A stretch of 45,009 bases of DNA from the NCBI GenBank assembly GCA_016188265.1, contig JACPID010000009.1, positions 1 through 45,009 on the forward strand. The letters run 5' to 3'. The position numbers were made by a program, and so were the translations under genes. Below are positions 16,924-25,716 of the stretch, one piece after another (the first letter of the stretch is position 1; the number at the start of each line of letters is the position of its first letter). This stretch comes from Candidatus Woesearchaeota archaeon. GTDB taxonomy: Archaea; Nanobdellota; Nanobdellia; Woesearchaeales; ARS49. The notes below the pieces were generated by a model. The model was not told the origin of the DNA. It saw only the letters and a list, made by a program, of their open reading frames with translations, and ran no database searches.

Positions 16924-17953
16924 TGGGAGTTAACCTTCGTGATTTATTCGAAAGAAAACCGATTGATTTAGAATCACTTGCTGGTAAAAGGTTAGTTATT
17001 GATGGGTATAATATTTTATATCAGTTTCTTACAACAATTCGAGCTCCTGACGGTAGTTTGTTTACTAATAAAAAAGGCAGAGTGACTTCTCATTTAATAG
17101 GCTTATTTTCAAGAACAACTCATTTTCTTGATAAGGGTCTTTTACCAATGTTTGTATTTGATGGTGAGGTTCCAAAATTAAAGAAAAAAGAAATAGAACG
17201 TAGGGCAGAAATAAAGAGAGCGGCAAAAAAGTTATATGAACATGCAAAAAAAGAAGAAGATATAACCTCGATGTATAAATATGCTGCTAGAACTGCAATA
17301 TTAACAAGGCCTATGGTTGATGATGCTAAGGAATTATTAAGTTTATTGGGAATTCCAGTTGTTCAAGCTCCAAGTGAAGGTGAAGCACAAGCTTCTTTTA
17401 TGGTTAAACAAGGCGATGCTTGGGCGGTTATAAGCCAGGATTTTGATAGCTTGCTTTATGGAACTCCTAGGCTCATTCAAAATCTTTCAATAGTTGGAAG
17501 AAGAAAAAAGCAGGAACATTAGCGTATGAGAATATAACACCTCTTTTTATTGAACTTCAATCAAATCTTAAAAAGTTAGGTATTAATCAGGATCAGTTGA
17601 TAGTTCTTGCTATATTAGTTGGTACTGATTATCATCCTGGCGGAATTAAAGGCATAGGCCCTAAAAACGCTTTAAAACTTGTTAAAGAGTATAAACATGA
17701 TTTTTCTTCTTTATTTAAGTTTGTTAATTGGGATGAACATTGTTCAGTTGATTGGAAAGAAATATATGATCTTTTTAAGAATATGCCTGTTATTAAAGAT
17801 TATGATACAACTTTTAAATTAATTAATAAAGAAGAGATTTATAATTTTTTAATTGAAAAAAATGATTTCAGCCAAGATAGAGTTACAAAAGCCATTGAAA
17901 GCCTTATAAAAAAACAAGAAAAGAGAACTCAAAAATCTTTAGGTGATTTTTAA
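16923..17953 (+). CDS. fen: Flap endonuclease 1, interrupted by a -1 frameshift at 17504-17510
   Basis: N-part has MGV, YQFLTTIR, VFDG, APSEGEAQ and SQDFD. The -1 frame continues KAGTLAYE...LVGTDY...GIGPK...QKSLGDF (PIP box). The joined product is about 343 aa. Confidence 0.9.
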
Positions 17954-17954
17954 T

Positions 17955-18800
17955 ATGCGATTTCTTAAAGAGGCACTTAAAAAGAAACTTTCTAAAAAAG
18001 AATTAAATGAATTAAAAACTAGTTTTGATATTATTGGCGATATTGCGGTTATTGAAATTTCAGAAACTCTTGAGAAAAAAGAAAAGTTAATTGCTAATAC
18101 TCTTCTTAATCTTGTAAAGAACATTAAAACAGTATTTAAGAAATCAGGAGGGCATTATGGCAGGTATAGAAGGCAGAAATTGGTTTTTTTAAGTGGAGAA
18201 AAAAAAACAGAAACTGTTCATAGAGAAAGTAATGTTCAAATAAAATTAGATGTATTAAAATGTTATTTTAGCCCTCGTTTAAGCCATGAACGCTTAAGAA
18301 TTGCAAATCAAATAAAAAAAAATGAAAATGTTCTTGTAATGTTTTCAGGAGTTGCGCCTTATCCTCTTGTTTTAGCAAAAAATTCACCTGTAAATAAAGT
18401 TTTTGGAATAGAGGTTAATCCAGTTGCTCATAAATATGCAGTTGAAAATGTTATAAAAAATAAGCAAGAAAATAAAATTAGCTTAATAAATGGTGATGTT
18501 AAAAAAGTTATTCCTTTAATCAAGGAAAAATTTGATCGCATAATAATGCCTCTTCCTAAAACTTCTGAAGAGTTTCTTCCAATTGCTTTTTTTGTTTCAA
18601 AACCAAAAACATTAATTCATTATTATTCTTTTTATCCTGAAGAAGAAATTGATTCTGCTAAAAAAAATATTTTAACAATATGCAAAAAAAGCAAGGTATC
18701 TTGTAAAATTTTAAATATTGTTAGAGCAGGGCAATCAGCACCAAGAATATATAGGTATTGTTTTGATATTCTTATTATTAATCAGCATAGAGCGCTATGA
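17955..18800 (+). CDS. trm5: Trm5/Tyw2-family SAM-dependent tRNA methyltransferase
   Basis: FDIIGDIA, YFSPRLSHER, MFSGVAPY and DRIIMPLP. AGGTGA SD before ATG 17955. Confidence 0.85.
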   Translation: MRFLKEALKKKLSKKELNELKTSFDIIGDIAVIEISETLEKKEKLIANTLLNLVKNIKTVFKKSGGHYGRYRRQKLVFLSGEKKTETVHRESNVQIKLDVLKCYFSPRLSHERLRIANQIKKNENVLVMFSGVAPYPLVLAKNSPVNKVFGIEVNPVAHKYAVENVIKNKQENKISLINGDVKKVIPLIKEKFDRIIMPLPKTSEEFLPIAFFVSKPKTLIHYYSFYPEEEIDSAKKNILTICKKSKVSCKILNIVRAGQSAPRIYRYCFDILIINQHRAL

Positions 18801-18858
18801 AGAAGTGAATCCCATTTGAGCCAGCAATGGCGATGATAAATAATGGAAGTCTGAGCGC
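18792..18858 (+). ncRNA. Candidate box C/D guide sRNA
   Basis: GCGC stem, C box ATGAAGA (18797), 12-nt guide, D' TTGA (18816), GCCA-GCAA-TGGC hairpin, C' ATGATAA (18833), 11-nt guide, D box CTGA (18851), GCGC. Confidence 0.7.
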
Positions 18859-18867
18859 GTGCAATTT

Positions 18868-19153
18868 AAACACTAAGATTCCACTAGTGTTTCACTAGTG
18901 GTTTAGTAGTGGTTCTCAAAAAGCCACGCTTTTTGGAACGTCAGAAATAGCCACTCGCAATCTCCTTGCTTCAGCTCGGAGTAAGAGGGCGATTTCTGAG
19001 CGTGATCAAGAACACGCCACGGGCTTTAGCCCGGCGGTTCTTGACACACCGAAAATGTTTTGCATTTTCGATTGAATCTTGGTGTGCTCAAGCACTAGAA
19101 AATCGAAGATTTTCTGTGCACAGAAAATGCGTTGCATTTTCTTGTGAACCACT
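18868..19153. repeat. Modular multi-hairpin dispersed repeat, copy 1 (with extra 108-nt insert 18940-19047)
   Basis: 18868-18939 and 19048-19153 match 37202-37379 at 177/178 nt. Built from short stems with 3-nt loops. AGTGGTTCTCAA / TTGTGAACCACT inverted ends. Confidence 0.9.
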
Positions 19154-20280
19154 GGATGCTGAAACGCAGAAATAAAATCAAACTCTTTGACTTTTGTTCT
19201 ATTTTCCCTTATTGCAAAATATCCTGCTTCTGTTGCAACAGCATTTATTTCTGCACCACTTAATCCTTCCATTAGCTTAACTATTTCAGCTTCATCAATA
19301 TTTTCAAATTGCATTTTTTTAGTGTGGATTCTAAATATATCTTTTATAGCTTCTGCATTTGGCAATGAAACTTCAATAAGCCTATCTAATCTTCCAGGCC
19401 GCATTAATGCTTTATCAATAATATCTTTTCTATTTGTACACCCTATTACTTTAACATTATCTAATGGATCAAATCCATCAATTTCTGCAAGTAACTGCAT
19501 AAATGTTCTCTGTACTTCACGCTCTCCACTTGTGCCTATATCAACCCTCATTGCTGCAATAGCATCAAGTTCATCGATGAAAACAATACTTGGTGCTTTT
19601 TCTCTTGCAAGTTCAAAAATATCTCTTACAAGTTTTGCACCTTCACCAATGAATTTTTGCACAAGTTCACTGCCTACCATTTCTATAAATGTTGAATTTG
19701 TACTTCTTGCTACTGCTTTTGCAAGAAGCGTTTTTCCAGTTCCAGGAGGGCCGTATAACAAAATTCCTTTAGGCGGTTGAATGCCTACTTTTTTGAAAAG
19801 TTCAGGTTTTTTAAGTGGCAGTTCAATAACTTCTTTTATTTCCTGTTCTTGATGTTTTAATCCTCCTATGCATTCCCAAGAAACATTTGGTTTTTCAATT
19901 ATAATAAATTGTTCTACATCAAAACGTTTGCTTTTTCCTATTTTTTGAACTATTGTTAAATTTTTTTGTTCTGCTAAAGCAGAATCACCTGGTTTTACGT
20001 CTTTACAATTTTTAGATACCTCTACAAAGAATTCATTGCCATTAGGCAGCCTAATTATTGCTTTGTCATTAACTAAATCGCGAATTTCACAGGATATTAA
20101 AGGTGTTCTTTTATATTTTTCCAATTCTTTTTCTAGATTAAATATGCTTTCTTTAAGAAAACGATTTTCTTCTTCTAATCCATGAATATGTGTTGTGTAA
20201 GAATAAAATACACCATCTATAGACGTGTTTGAATTATTAGTTATATTATCTGTTTTGTCATTCGAAGACATTAAATTCAT
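19006..20280 (-). CDS. pan: Proteasome-activating nucleotidase; last 48 codons derived from the repeat
   Basis: Coiled coil plus OB domain, GPPGTGKT, FIDELD, GEREVQRT and RPGRLDR. Family similarity ends near DFISA. Confidence 0.92.
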   Translation of the reverse strand: MNLMSSNDKTDNITNNSNTSIDGVFYSYTTHIHGLEEENRFLKESIFNLEKELEKYKRTPLISCEIRDLVNDKAIIRLPNGNEFFVEVSKNCKDVKPGDSALAEQKNLTIVQKIGKSKRFDVEQFIIIEKPNVSWECIGGLKHQEQEIKEVIELPLKKPELFKKVGIQPPKGILLYGPPGTGKTLLAKAVARSTNSTFIEMVGSELVQKFIGEGAKLVRDIFELAREKAPSIVFIDELDAIAAMRVDIGTSGEREVQRTFMQLLAEIDGFDPLDNVKVIGCTNRKDIIDKALMRPGRLDRLIEVSLPNAEAIKDIFRIHTKKMQFENIDEAEIVKLMEGLSGAEINAVATEAGYFAIRENRTKVKEFDFISAFQHPVVHKKMQRIFCAQKIFDFLVLEHTKIQSKMQNIFGVSRTAGLKPVACS

Positions 20281-20314
20281 GAGTGTTTAAATTTGTATTT
20301 AAATCTTACGATAT

Positions 20315-20355
20315 TAGTATTTCCGAGTTCGCTTTCGCTCACTCAGAAAATACTA
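20315..20355. repeat. Short REP-like hairpin family B, copy 1
   Basis: TAGTATTTCCGAGTTCGCTTTCGCTCACTCAGAAAATACTA, related to 28574-28611 and to the reverse complement of 30909-30947. Confidence 0.7.
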
Positions 20356-20374
20356 TAATTAAAATGTGGAATGG

Positions 20375-21502
20375 TTATCTAGTGATTGCTAATTTTTCTA
20401 ATTCTTCTTTCATATTTTTAATTTTTGGATTTTCAAAATGTTTTCTTATGGGTTCAAGTTTTTTTACTAAAAAATCAGCAACTGCTTGTTTTAAGTCCAT
20501 TGGGTGCAGTTCTCCTTTTTCAAATATTTTTTCTAATTTTTCGTATTTTTCAAAGCTTACATCTCCTCCGAATTTTGAAGGGCGTTTTATTTCTAAAACT
20601 GAGCCTTCTTCTAGAATTAGGTTTTTTGCCCAGTCAAGAACAGGATTGTATATAATTTCTTTTTCAGGACAAAATGCTTTTCTTACTTTTTTTTGAATTT
20701 CTTCAGGAGAATCTGTTATGAATACTGCAGAGTCAGGTTGTGATTTACTCATTTTCATTGCAGACATTACTTCTGGAAAGGTTTCTTTAGCAATAGGCCA
20801 AGTTGGAGGTTGTTGTAATCCAAGAAGTAAATGGTGGTGAATTGCAATAGGTTTGTATTTTTTTTTATTATATTCAAGTGGATTTGTTTTTAGTTTTAAT
20901 GCAACTTCTCTAGCAATAACATGTGCTTTTCTTTGGTCAATGCCTGCATGTGCAATATTAACTTCTTGAATAAATATGTCTGCAACTTGCATAGGGGGAT
21001 AAACTAGTTTTGCAAAATCTACACTTTCTCCTTCTTTTCTTCCCATTATTGTAATAGAACGCTGGATTCTTCCTAAAGTTGTTTGTTTTGATACATCAAT
21101 GAATGTTTGCCAGTACTTATCATTATTATGATACAAGTCGCTTCCAAGAACAAATTTAATTTTATCAGGGTCTCCTCCAACACATTTTAGAGATGCTTTA
21201 AGCCCTTCTTTAAAATAACTGACTCCTATTTTTTTTATAACTTCAATATCACCACCAAGTTTATCATTTATCCAAGAGTGCCAGTCAGCTAGAAATATTG
21301 AGCATTTTACTCCTGCTTTTTGTAAATCTCTTACTTTACTCATGCATTGGAGGCCTGTTCCTAAATGAATTTTTCCAGAAATTTCAAAACCAATGTAGTG
21401 TTTTAATGGGATTCCAGTTTCTAACATCCAGTTTAAATCATCTTCTACTAAAACTTCATGTGTTTTTTTCTTAATAAGTGCGCTTTTTTCTTCAATATCC
21501 AT
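20375..21502 (-). CDS. tyrS: Tyrosyl-tRNA synthetase
   Basis: YIGFEISGKIHLGT, YPPMQVAD, GIDQRK, KMSKS and LHPMDLK. Confidence 0.95.
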   Translation of the reverse strand: MDIEEKSALIKKKTHEVLVEDDLNWMLETGIPLKHYIGFEISGKIHLGTGLQCMSKVRDLQKAGVKCSIFLADWHSWINDKLGGDIEVIKKIGVSYFKEGLKASLKCVGGDPDKIKFVLGSDLYHNNDKYWQTFIDVSKQTTLGRIQRSITIMGRKEGESVDFAKLVYPPMQVADIFIQEVNIAHAGIDQRKAHVIAREVALKLKTNPLEYNKKKYKPIAIHHHLLLGLQQPPTWPIAKETFPEVMSAMKMSKSQPDSAVFITDSPEEIQKKVRKAFCPEKEIIYNPVLDWAKNLILEEGSVLEIKRPSKFGGDVSFEKYEKLEKIFEKGELHPMDLKQAVADFLVKKLEPIRKHFENPKIKNMKEELEKLAITR

Positions 21503-21591
21503 TCTTAACTAATTTTGAAGAAGATCTTTTTAAAACTTTCTTGTCCACTATCAAAATCTTTATATAATACTTAGTCCTCTACAATATTGAT

Positions 21592-21873
21592 ATGGCTGTA
21601 GAACAAAATAATGATAAAAAAGAACGGCGTTTTTCACGTTCTCTTCTTGGTAAAACTGTTGTTAGTAAGAGTGGAAAACGTTTTGGAGAAGTAGGAGATA
21701 TAACTTTTGAAGTTAAGAGTGGGGAGCTTATTCATTTGGTTCTAAAAAATGAAACTTCATATACTGATAAATTATCACTTGAAAAGTCAAAAGAAGGGTA
21801 TTTGCTTATTCCATTTTCTGCGGTTATTGCAGTTGGAGATTTCTTAGTTGTTAGTGAAGAAGATATTTTATAA
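21592..21873 (+). CDS. PRC-barrel domain protein (possibly CdpB-like cell-division factor)
   Basis: LLGKTVVSKSGKRFGEVGDI...IPFSAVIAVGDFLVV. Confidence 0.85.
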   Translation: MAVEQNNDKKERRFSRSLLGKTVVSKSGKRFGEVGDITFEVKSGELIHLVLKNETSYTDKLSLEKSKEGYLLIPFSAVIAVGDFLVVSEEDIL

Positions 21874-21925
21874 GTTTTACCTTTCACCCGATAATTATAT
21901 AAAATAAGCGTATATTCTTTTCTTT

Positions 21926-22891
21926 ATGATTGATGAATCATTTTTATGGGTAGAAAAGTACAGGCCTAGATGTTTTTCTGATATTCAAGGCCAAACAACA
22001 ATTGTAGAGCGTGTAAGTGCATTTGTTAAACAAAAGAATTTACCACATTTATTATTTTCAGGGCCTGCTGGTGTGGGAAAAAGTTCTTTAGCTATTGTTA
22101 TTGCCAGGGAATTATTTGGTGATTCATGGAAACAAAATTTTCTTGAACTTAATGCAAGTGATGATAGAGGTATTGATGTTGTTCGTAATCAAGTAAAAGA
22201 TTTTGCAAGAACAAAACCCTTAGGTGAGGTTCCTTTTAAGCTGATTTTTCTTGATGAGAGTGATGCTTTAACAAAAGAAGCACAGCAGGCATTGAGAAGG
22301 ACTATGGAAAATTTCACTACATCTACTCGTTTTTTATTGTCTTGTAATTATGCTTCAAAGATTATAGAGCCTATTCAAAGTAGATGTGTTGTATTTAAGT
22401 TCCGTCCTTTAGATAAAACTCAAGTTTTTAGCATTATTGATAAAATTTCAAAACAAGAAAACTTAAAAATATCCGAAGAATCAAAACAAGCTCTTTTTGA
22501 AGTTTCAGAAGGAGATTGTAGAAGGTTGGAAAATACTCTTCAGAGTTGTGCAGCTTTAAAAAAAGAAATAAAGCCAGAGGTTATTTTTTCTCTTGCAAAT
22601 TCAGCAAAACCTGAGGAAATCAAGTTGGTTCTTGAACTTGCGCTAAAAGGTGATTTTATTAATGCGAGAAATAAATTGCTTGATGTTATGCTTGAAAATG
22701 GGCTTTCAGGGCTTGATATTATTAAACAAATTCAAAAATCTGTTTGGGATCTTTCTATTGACGGTAAACAAAAGGTGATTTTAATAGACAAAATAGGAGA
22801 TATAGAGTTTCGCATGGTTGAGGGAAGCGACGAGTTTTTACAGTTAGAAGCGCTTATTGCTTATTTTACTCTTCAACATGCTTCACAGTAA
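21926..22891 (+). CDS. rfcS: Replication factor C small subunit
   Basis: WVEKYRP, GPAGVGKS, ELNASDDRG, LDESD and IQSRC. Confidence 0.97.
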   Translation: MIDESFLWVEKYRPRCFSDIQGQTTIVERVSAFVKQKNLPHLLFSGPAGVGKSSLAIVIARELFGDSWKQNFLELNASDDRGIDVVRNQVKDFARTKPLGEVPFKLIFLDESDALTKEAQQALRRTMENFTTSTRFLLSCNYASKIIEPIQSRCVVFKFRPLDKTQVFSIIDKISKQENLKISEESKQALFEVSEGDCRRLENTLQSCAALKKEIKPEVIFSLANSAKPEEIKLVLELALKGDFINARNKLLDVMLENGLSGLDIIKQIQKSVWDLSIDGKQKVILIDKIGDIEFRMVEGSDEFLQLEALIAYFTLQHASQ

Positions 22892-23798
22892 GATCTGTTT
22901 GTGTTCTTTGATTATAATCATACATTAAATCTATGAATACAGGTTTTTCATAATCACCTAATTCTTCAAATGTTTGTGTGCAAGAAATTGTTTTTTTGTT
23001 ATTGTAAAGTGTTGCAGTTCCTGTTACAGCACTGCCTTCTTTTGATAAAAATCCGCTGCAATCTAGTCCTGGAAGTCCTGTGTCAATTTTTAAAAATACT
23101 TTATTTCTTTTCTTTTCAACTTCGCACCCACCGCTTTTTTGTTCATAAACAGAGCCGTCTCCTACATGAACTAAGTCAAAAATAAACCTTATCTTATTTT
23201 TTCCAAGTGGTGTTTGTCTCATGTTTTGTACGTGAAGAGGAGCTCCTGAATTTGCAACATCTTGATCGCTTGTTACTTTGCAAAAGTCTTCAGAGGGTTT
23301 TTGCAGGTCTTTTCTTACACATAATTTTGTTAATGCTTCTGTTTTATATAAGTAGCATACATCTGTAACAAGTGGAAGTGTAATTTGAGATCCTTTAATA
23401 GGTGTTATGTGTTTGAGGCCTTTGAATTCTATAAATTCAGGAGAACTGTCTATTATATTGCCTTCTGAATCCAATTGCATTGAAAGTAAATCATTTTCAG
23501 GATGTAGTGTAAATTCTGTTTCTGTTTTGCTAAATTCTTCAGGATGAATTCCTGTTAATCTTATTGTTGCATCTTCTTTTTTAACATCGCTTTCTCCTTG
23601 ATTTTTTAGTTTTACAACAACATTAAATTCATCATCTACATCATTTACTTCAGAACGCAGATTATCAAATGTAGCAATAACTGCATCTTTTCCTCCTATA
23701 AATTTTTTTTTAGTAGCAACTTCTTTTTTTTCTTCAGCACAGCCAGCTAGTAAAATTATACAAATTAAAATTCCAATAAATACGCTCTTTTTAATCAT
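22866..23798 (-). CDS. Putative lipoprotein, paralog family member
   Basis: Lipobox LAGC. Shared motifs NxG, CYxY...LC, GAP and YxY. Confidence 0.75.
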   Translation of the reverse strand: MIKKSVFIGILICIILLAGCAEEKKEVATKKKFIGGKDAVIATFDNLRSEVNDVDDEFNVVVKLKNQGESDVKKEDATIRLTGIHPEEFSKTETEFTLHPENDLLSMQLDSEGNIIDSSPEFIEFKGLKHITPIKGSQITLPLVTDVCYLYKTEALTKLCVRKDLQKPSEDFCKVTSDQDVANSGAPLHVQNMRQTPLGKNKIRFIFDLVHVGDGSVYEQKSGGCEVEKKRNKVFLKIDTGLPGLDCSGFLSKEGSAVTGTATLYNNKKTISCTQTFEELGDYEKPVFIDLMYDYNQRTQTDLTVKHVEE

Positions 23799-23852
23799 TA
23801 TTTATTCTAAATGTTAGTTTTTTATATAAATATTTCGCCAACTGTATAGTTT

Positions 23853-24788
23853 TTAGCTTGGTGTTTGTAGTATTTCTATATTTTTTGAAATGCTTTGCCG
23901 GTATCCATATCTTAATACAACACTAATAGGAACTACTACTCCGCCTGCAGGTTCTGTTGATGTGTCATATTCGCAGGTAAAACTTCCTTTATTTCCTGTT
24001 AATCTTATAAAATTATTTTGCGCCAGTCCTTTACAGCTTAGTTTAATGCTAGTAATTCCTATTTTAACATCAACAACATTTACTAAATCTATTTCATTAT
24101 AACTCAAAATTTGGTCTGCATAAGGGCTGCATCTATTGACTGCGTTTTCTTGGAAAACAATTCCTCCACCAACATTGCTAACATGTACTCTTAATAGTGT
24201 TTTTCCTTTTCTTGGCTCAACTTCAATTAAGTTTATTGATATTGGCGCTCCTTGTGTTCCTAAGCCAATGTTTGATGGTGTGCATGCTTTTCTTAATGTT
24301 GTTCTTCCAAATGGGTCTGGATCAATGCATAAAGTTCCTTCAGCAATACTTTCATAAATATAGCATGCTGTTGCTACAAGTTTTACAGGGTATTTTGAAA
24401 TTGTTAATTTGTCAATATACCCTTTAAATTCAACAAAATCTGTATTTATTGTAGTTGGTTGTTCTATTGTTTTGCCTTCAATTTTAGGCATTGCTTCTCC
24501 TGTAAAAGGAATTCCTGTAATTATTCTATGATCAAACCCGCTTAAGTAAATTCTATCTGCAGGTTTTCCAAGAATTGTTGCTCCTCTATTTTCAATTTCA
24601 AGCAATGCATTAAATTGTTCTTGATCATAAAGCCTAAAAGGTGGTTGATTTTCAATAAAACGCATAAACAGTCCTTGCGAGCCTGTTCTAAACTGTCCTG
24701 AAGGTGCTTCTCTTTCTTTTTCTCGGGGTGTGCAGCTAACTAAAATTAGCAAAATCATAATCATAATTAAAAAATAATTTTGCTTCAT
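23853..24788 (-). CDS. Putative lipoprotein, paralog family member
   Basis: Lipobox LVSC. GSQGL, ENRG, CYIY...LCID, QGAP, YGY. Confidence 0.75.
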   Translation of the reverse strand: MKQNYFLIMIMILLILVSCTPREKEREAPSGQFRTGSQGLFMRFIENQPPFRLYDQEQFNALLEIENRGATILGKPADRIYLSGFDHRIITGIPFTGEAMPKIEGKTIEQPTTINTDFVEFKGYIDKLTISKYPVKLVATACYIYESIAEGTLCIDPDPFGRTTLRKACTPSNIGLGTQGAPISINLIEVEPRKGKTLLRVHVSNVGGGIVFQENAVNRCSPYADQILSYNEIDLVNVVDVKIGITSIKLSCKGLAQNNFIRLTGNKGSFTCEYDTSTEPAGGVVVPISVVLRYGYRQSISKNIEILQTPS

Positions 24789-24819
24789 TTTTATTGTATT
24801 ATATACCCTTAGCTACTAT

Positions 24820-25716
24820 TTAATATTTGCTCTCAATGCGCATATCTTGTGTTATTGTTTGTACGTAGCCATATTCAAGTTCTATGCTAAGAGGTATAGA
24901 AAATGTTCCTTCTTTTTTTGTAAATGTTTTTGGTGATGTACAAATAATACTTTCTTCTTGTTCAGTAAGTTTTAATTGTGTTTTTGTACAATCAAGTTCA
25001 TCTTCTTGAAGATGCACTTTTGCATTTACAAGATTATATGCTGATTTTGGTATTGCTCTTCCAAGACAGTACTGTCCTGAATATTCAAGATCAAGAACTT
25101 GTCCTTTTCCAATATTTTTAATGCTTATTTTGAAAACAGGCTGTACGCCATTTTTCACAGGAATCATTAATGGTTCTATTTTTGTTATTGTAATAGGTGC
25201 GCCTTGGCCGCCTGTGTATGTTTTTTCAATAACTTTGCATTCTTTTGTTTTATCTTGCTCTTCTGGTTTAGTGTCAATGCAGGTTGTTAGTCCTGCGCTT
25301 GTTTTATTAGGAAAACATGCTGTAAAACTTAATCCTGTTGTTAACCCTTCAAGTTGCGGTCCTAGGCTTTTTGTTTTTCCTCGTAATTGAATTCTAGCAA
25401 AGCCTCCTCTTGGATTATCAATTGTTTTGCCTTCAATTCTTAACACTCCTCTGTTTTTTTCCAAATCAACATATTGGTTTTCATATCCTAAAACATACAC
25501 TCCATTTGTGATTTCACTAGTTCCTTTATTATAAATATTAACAAGAACAGTGAAAGGTGTTTCTTCAAATATTTTTTTAGGAGGCAGTTCTTTTTCAAAC
25601 AGCATTTCAAGTGCTTGAGTTCCAACTTCTATGCTTGAAATATCAGGTGTTTTAACTCCTGTTTGTTTGCATGCAAATAAAAGCATTAATAGCATGATAA
25701 TTATTTTTTTGTTCAT
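24820..25716 (-). CDS. Putative lipoprotein, paralog family member
   Basis: Lipobox LFAC. GTQAL, YNKG, CF...TCID, QGAP, YGY. Confidence 0.75.
   Translation of the reverse strand: MNKKIIIMLLMLLFACKQTGVKTPDISSIEVGTQALEMLFEKELPPKKIFEETPFTVLVNIYNKGTSEITNGVYVLGYENQYVDLEKNRGVLRIEGKTIDNPRGGFARIQLRGKTKSLGPQLEGLTTGLSFTACFPNKTSAGLTTCIDTKPEEQDKTKECKVIEKTYTGGQGAPITITKIEPLMIPVKNGVQPVFKISIKNIGKGQVLDLEYSGQYCLGRAIPKSAYNLVNAKVHLQEDELDCTKTQLKLTEQEESIICTSPKTFTKKEGTFSIPLSIELEYGYVQTITQDMRIESKY

Noticed and set aside
17597..17953. Independent 118-aa gene
   Set aside because: It is the C-terminal part of FEN1 in the -1 frame.
19048..19153. Repeat copies as additional DGR variable regions
   Set aside because: No TR-like sequence is visible next to either repeat copy, so they share only the hairpin module.
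18966..19175. 69-aa ORF as a mini-transposase
   Set aside because: Lies within the palindromic repeat, antisense to pan, with no transposase motifs.
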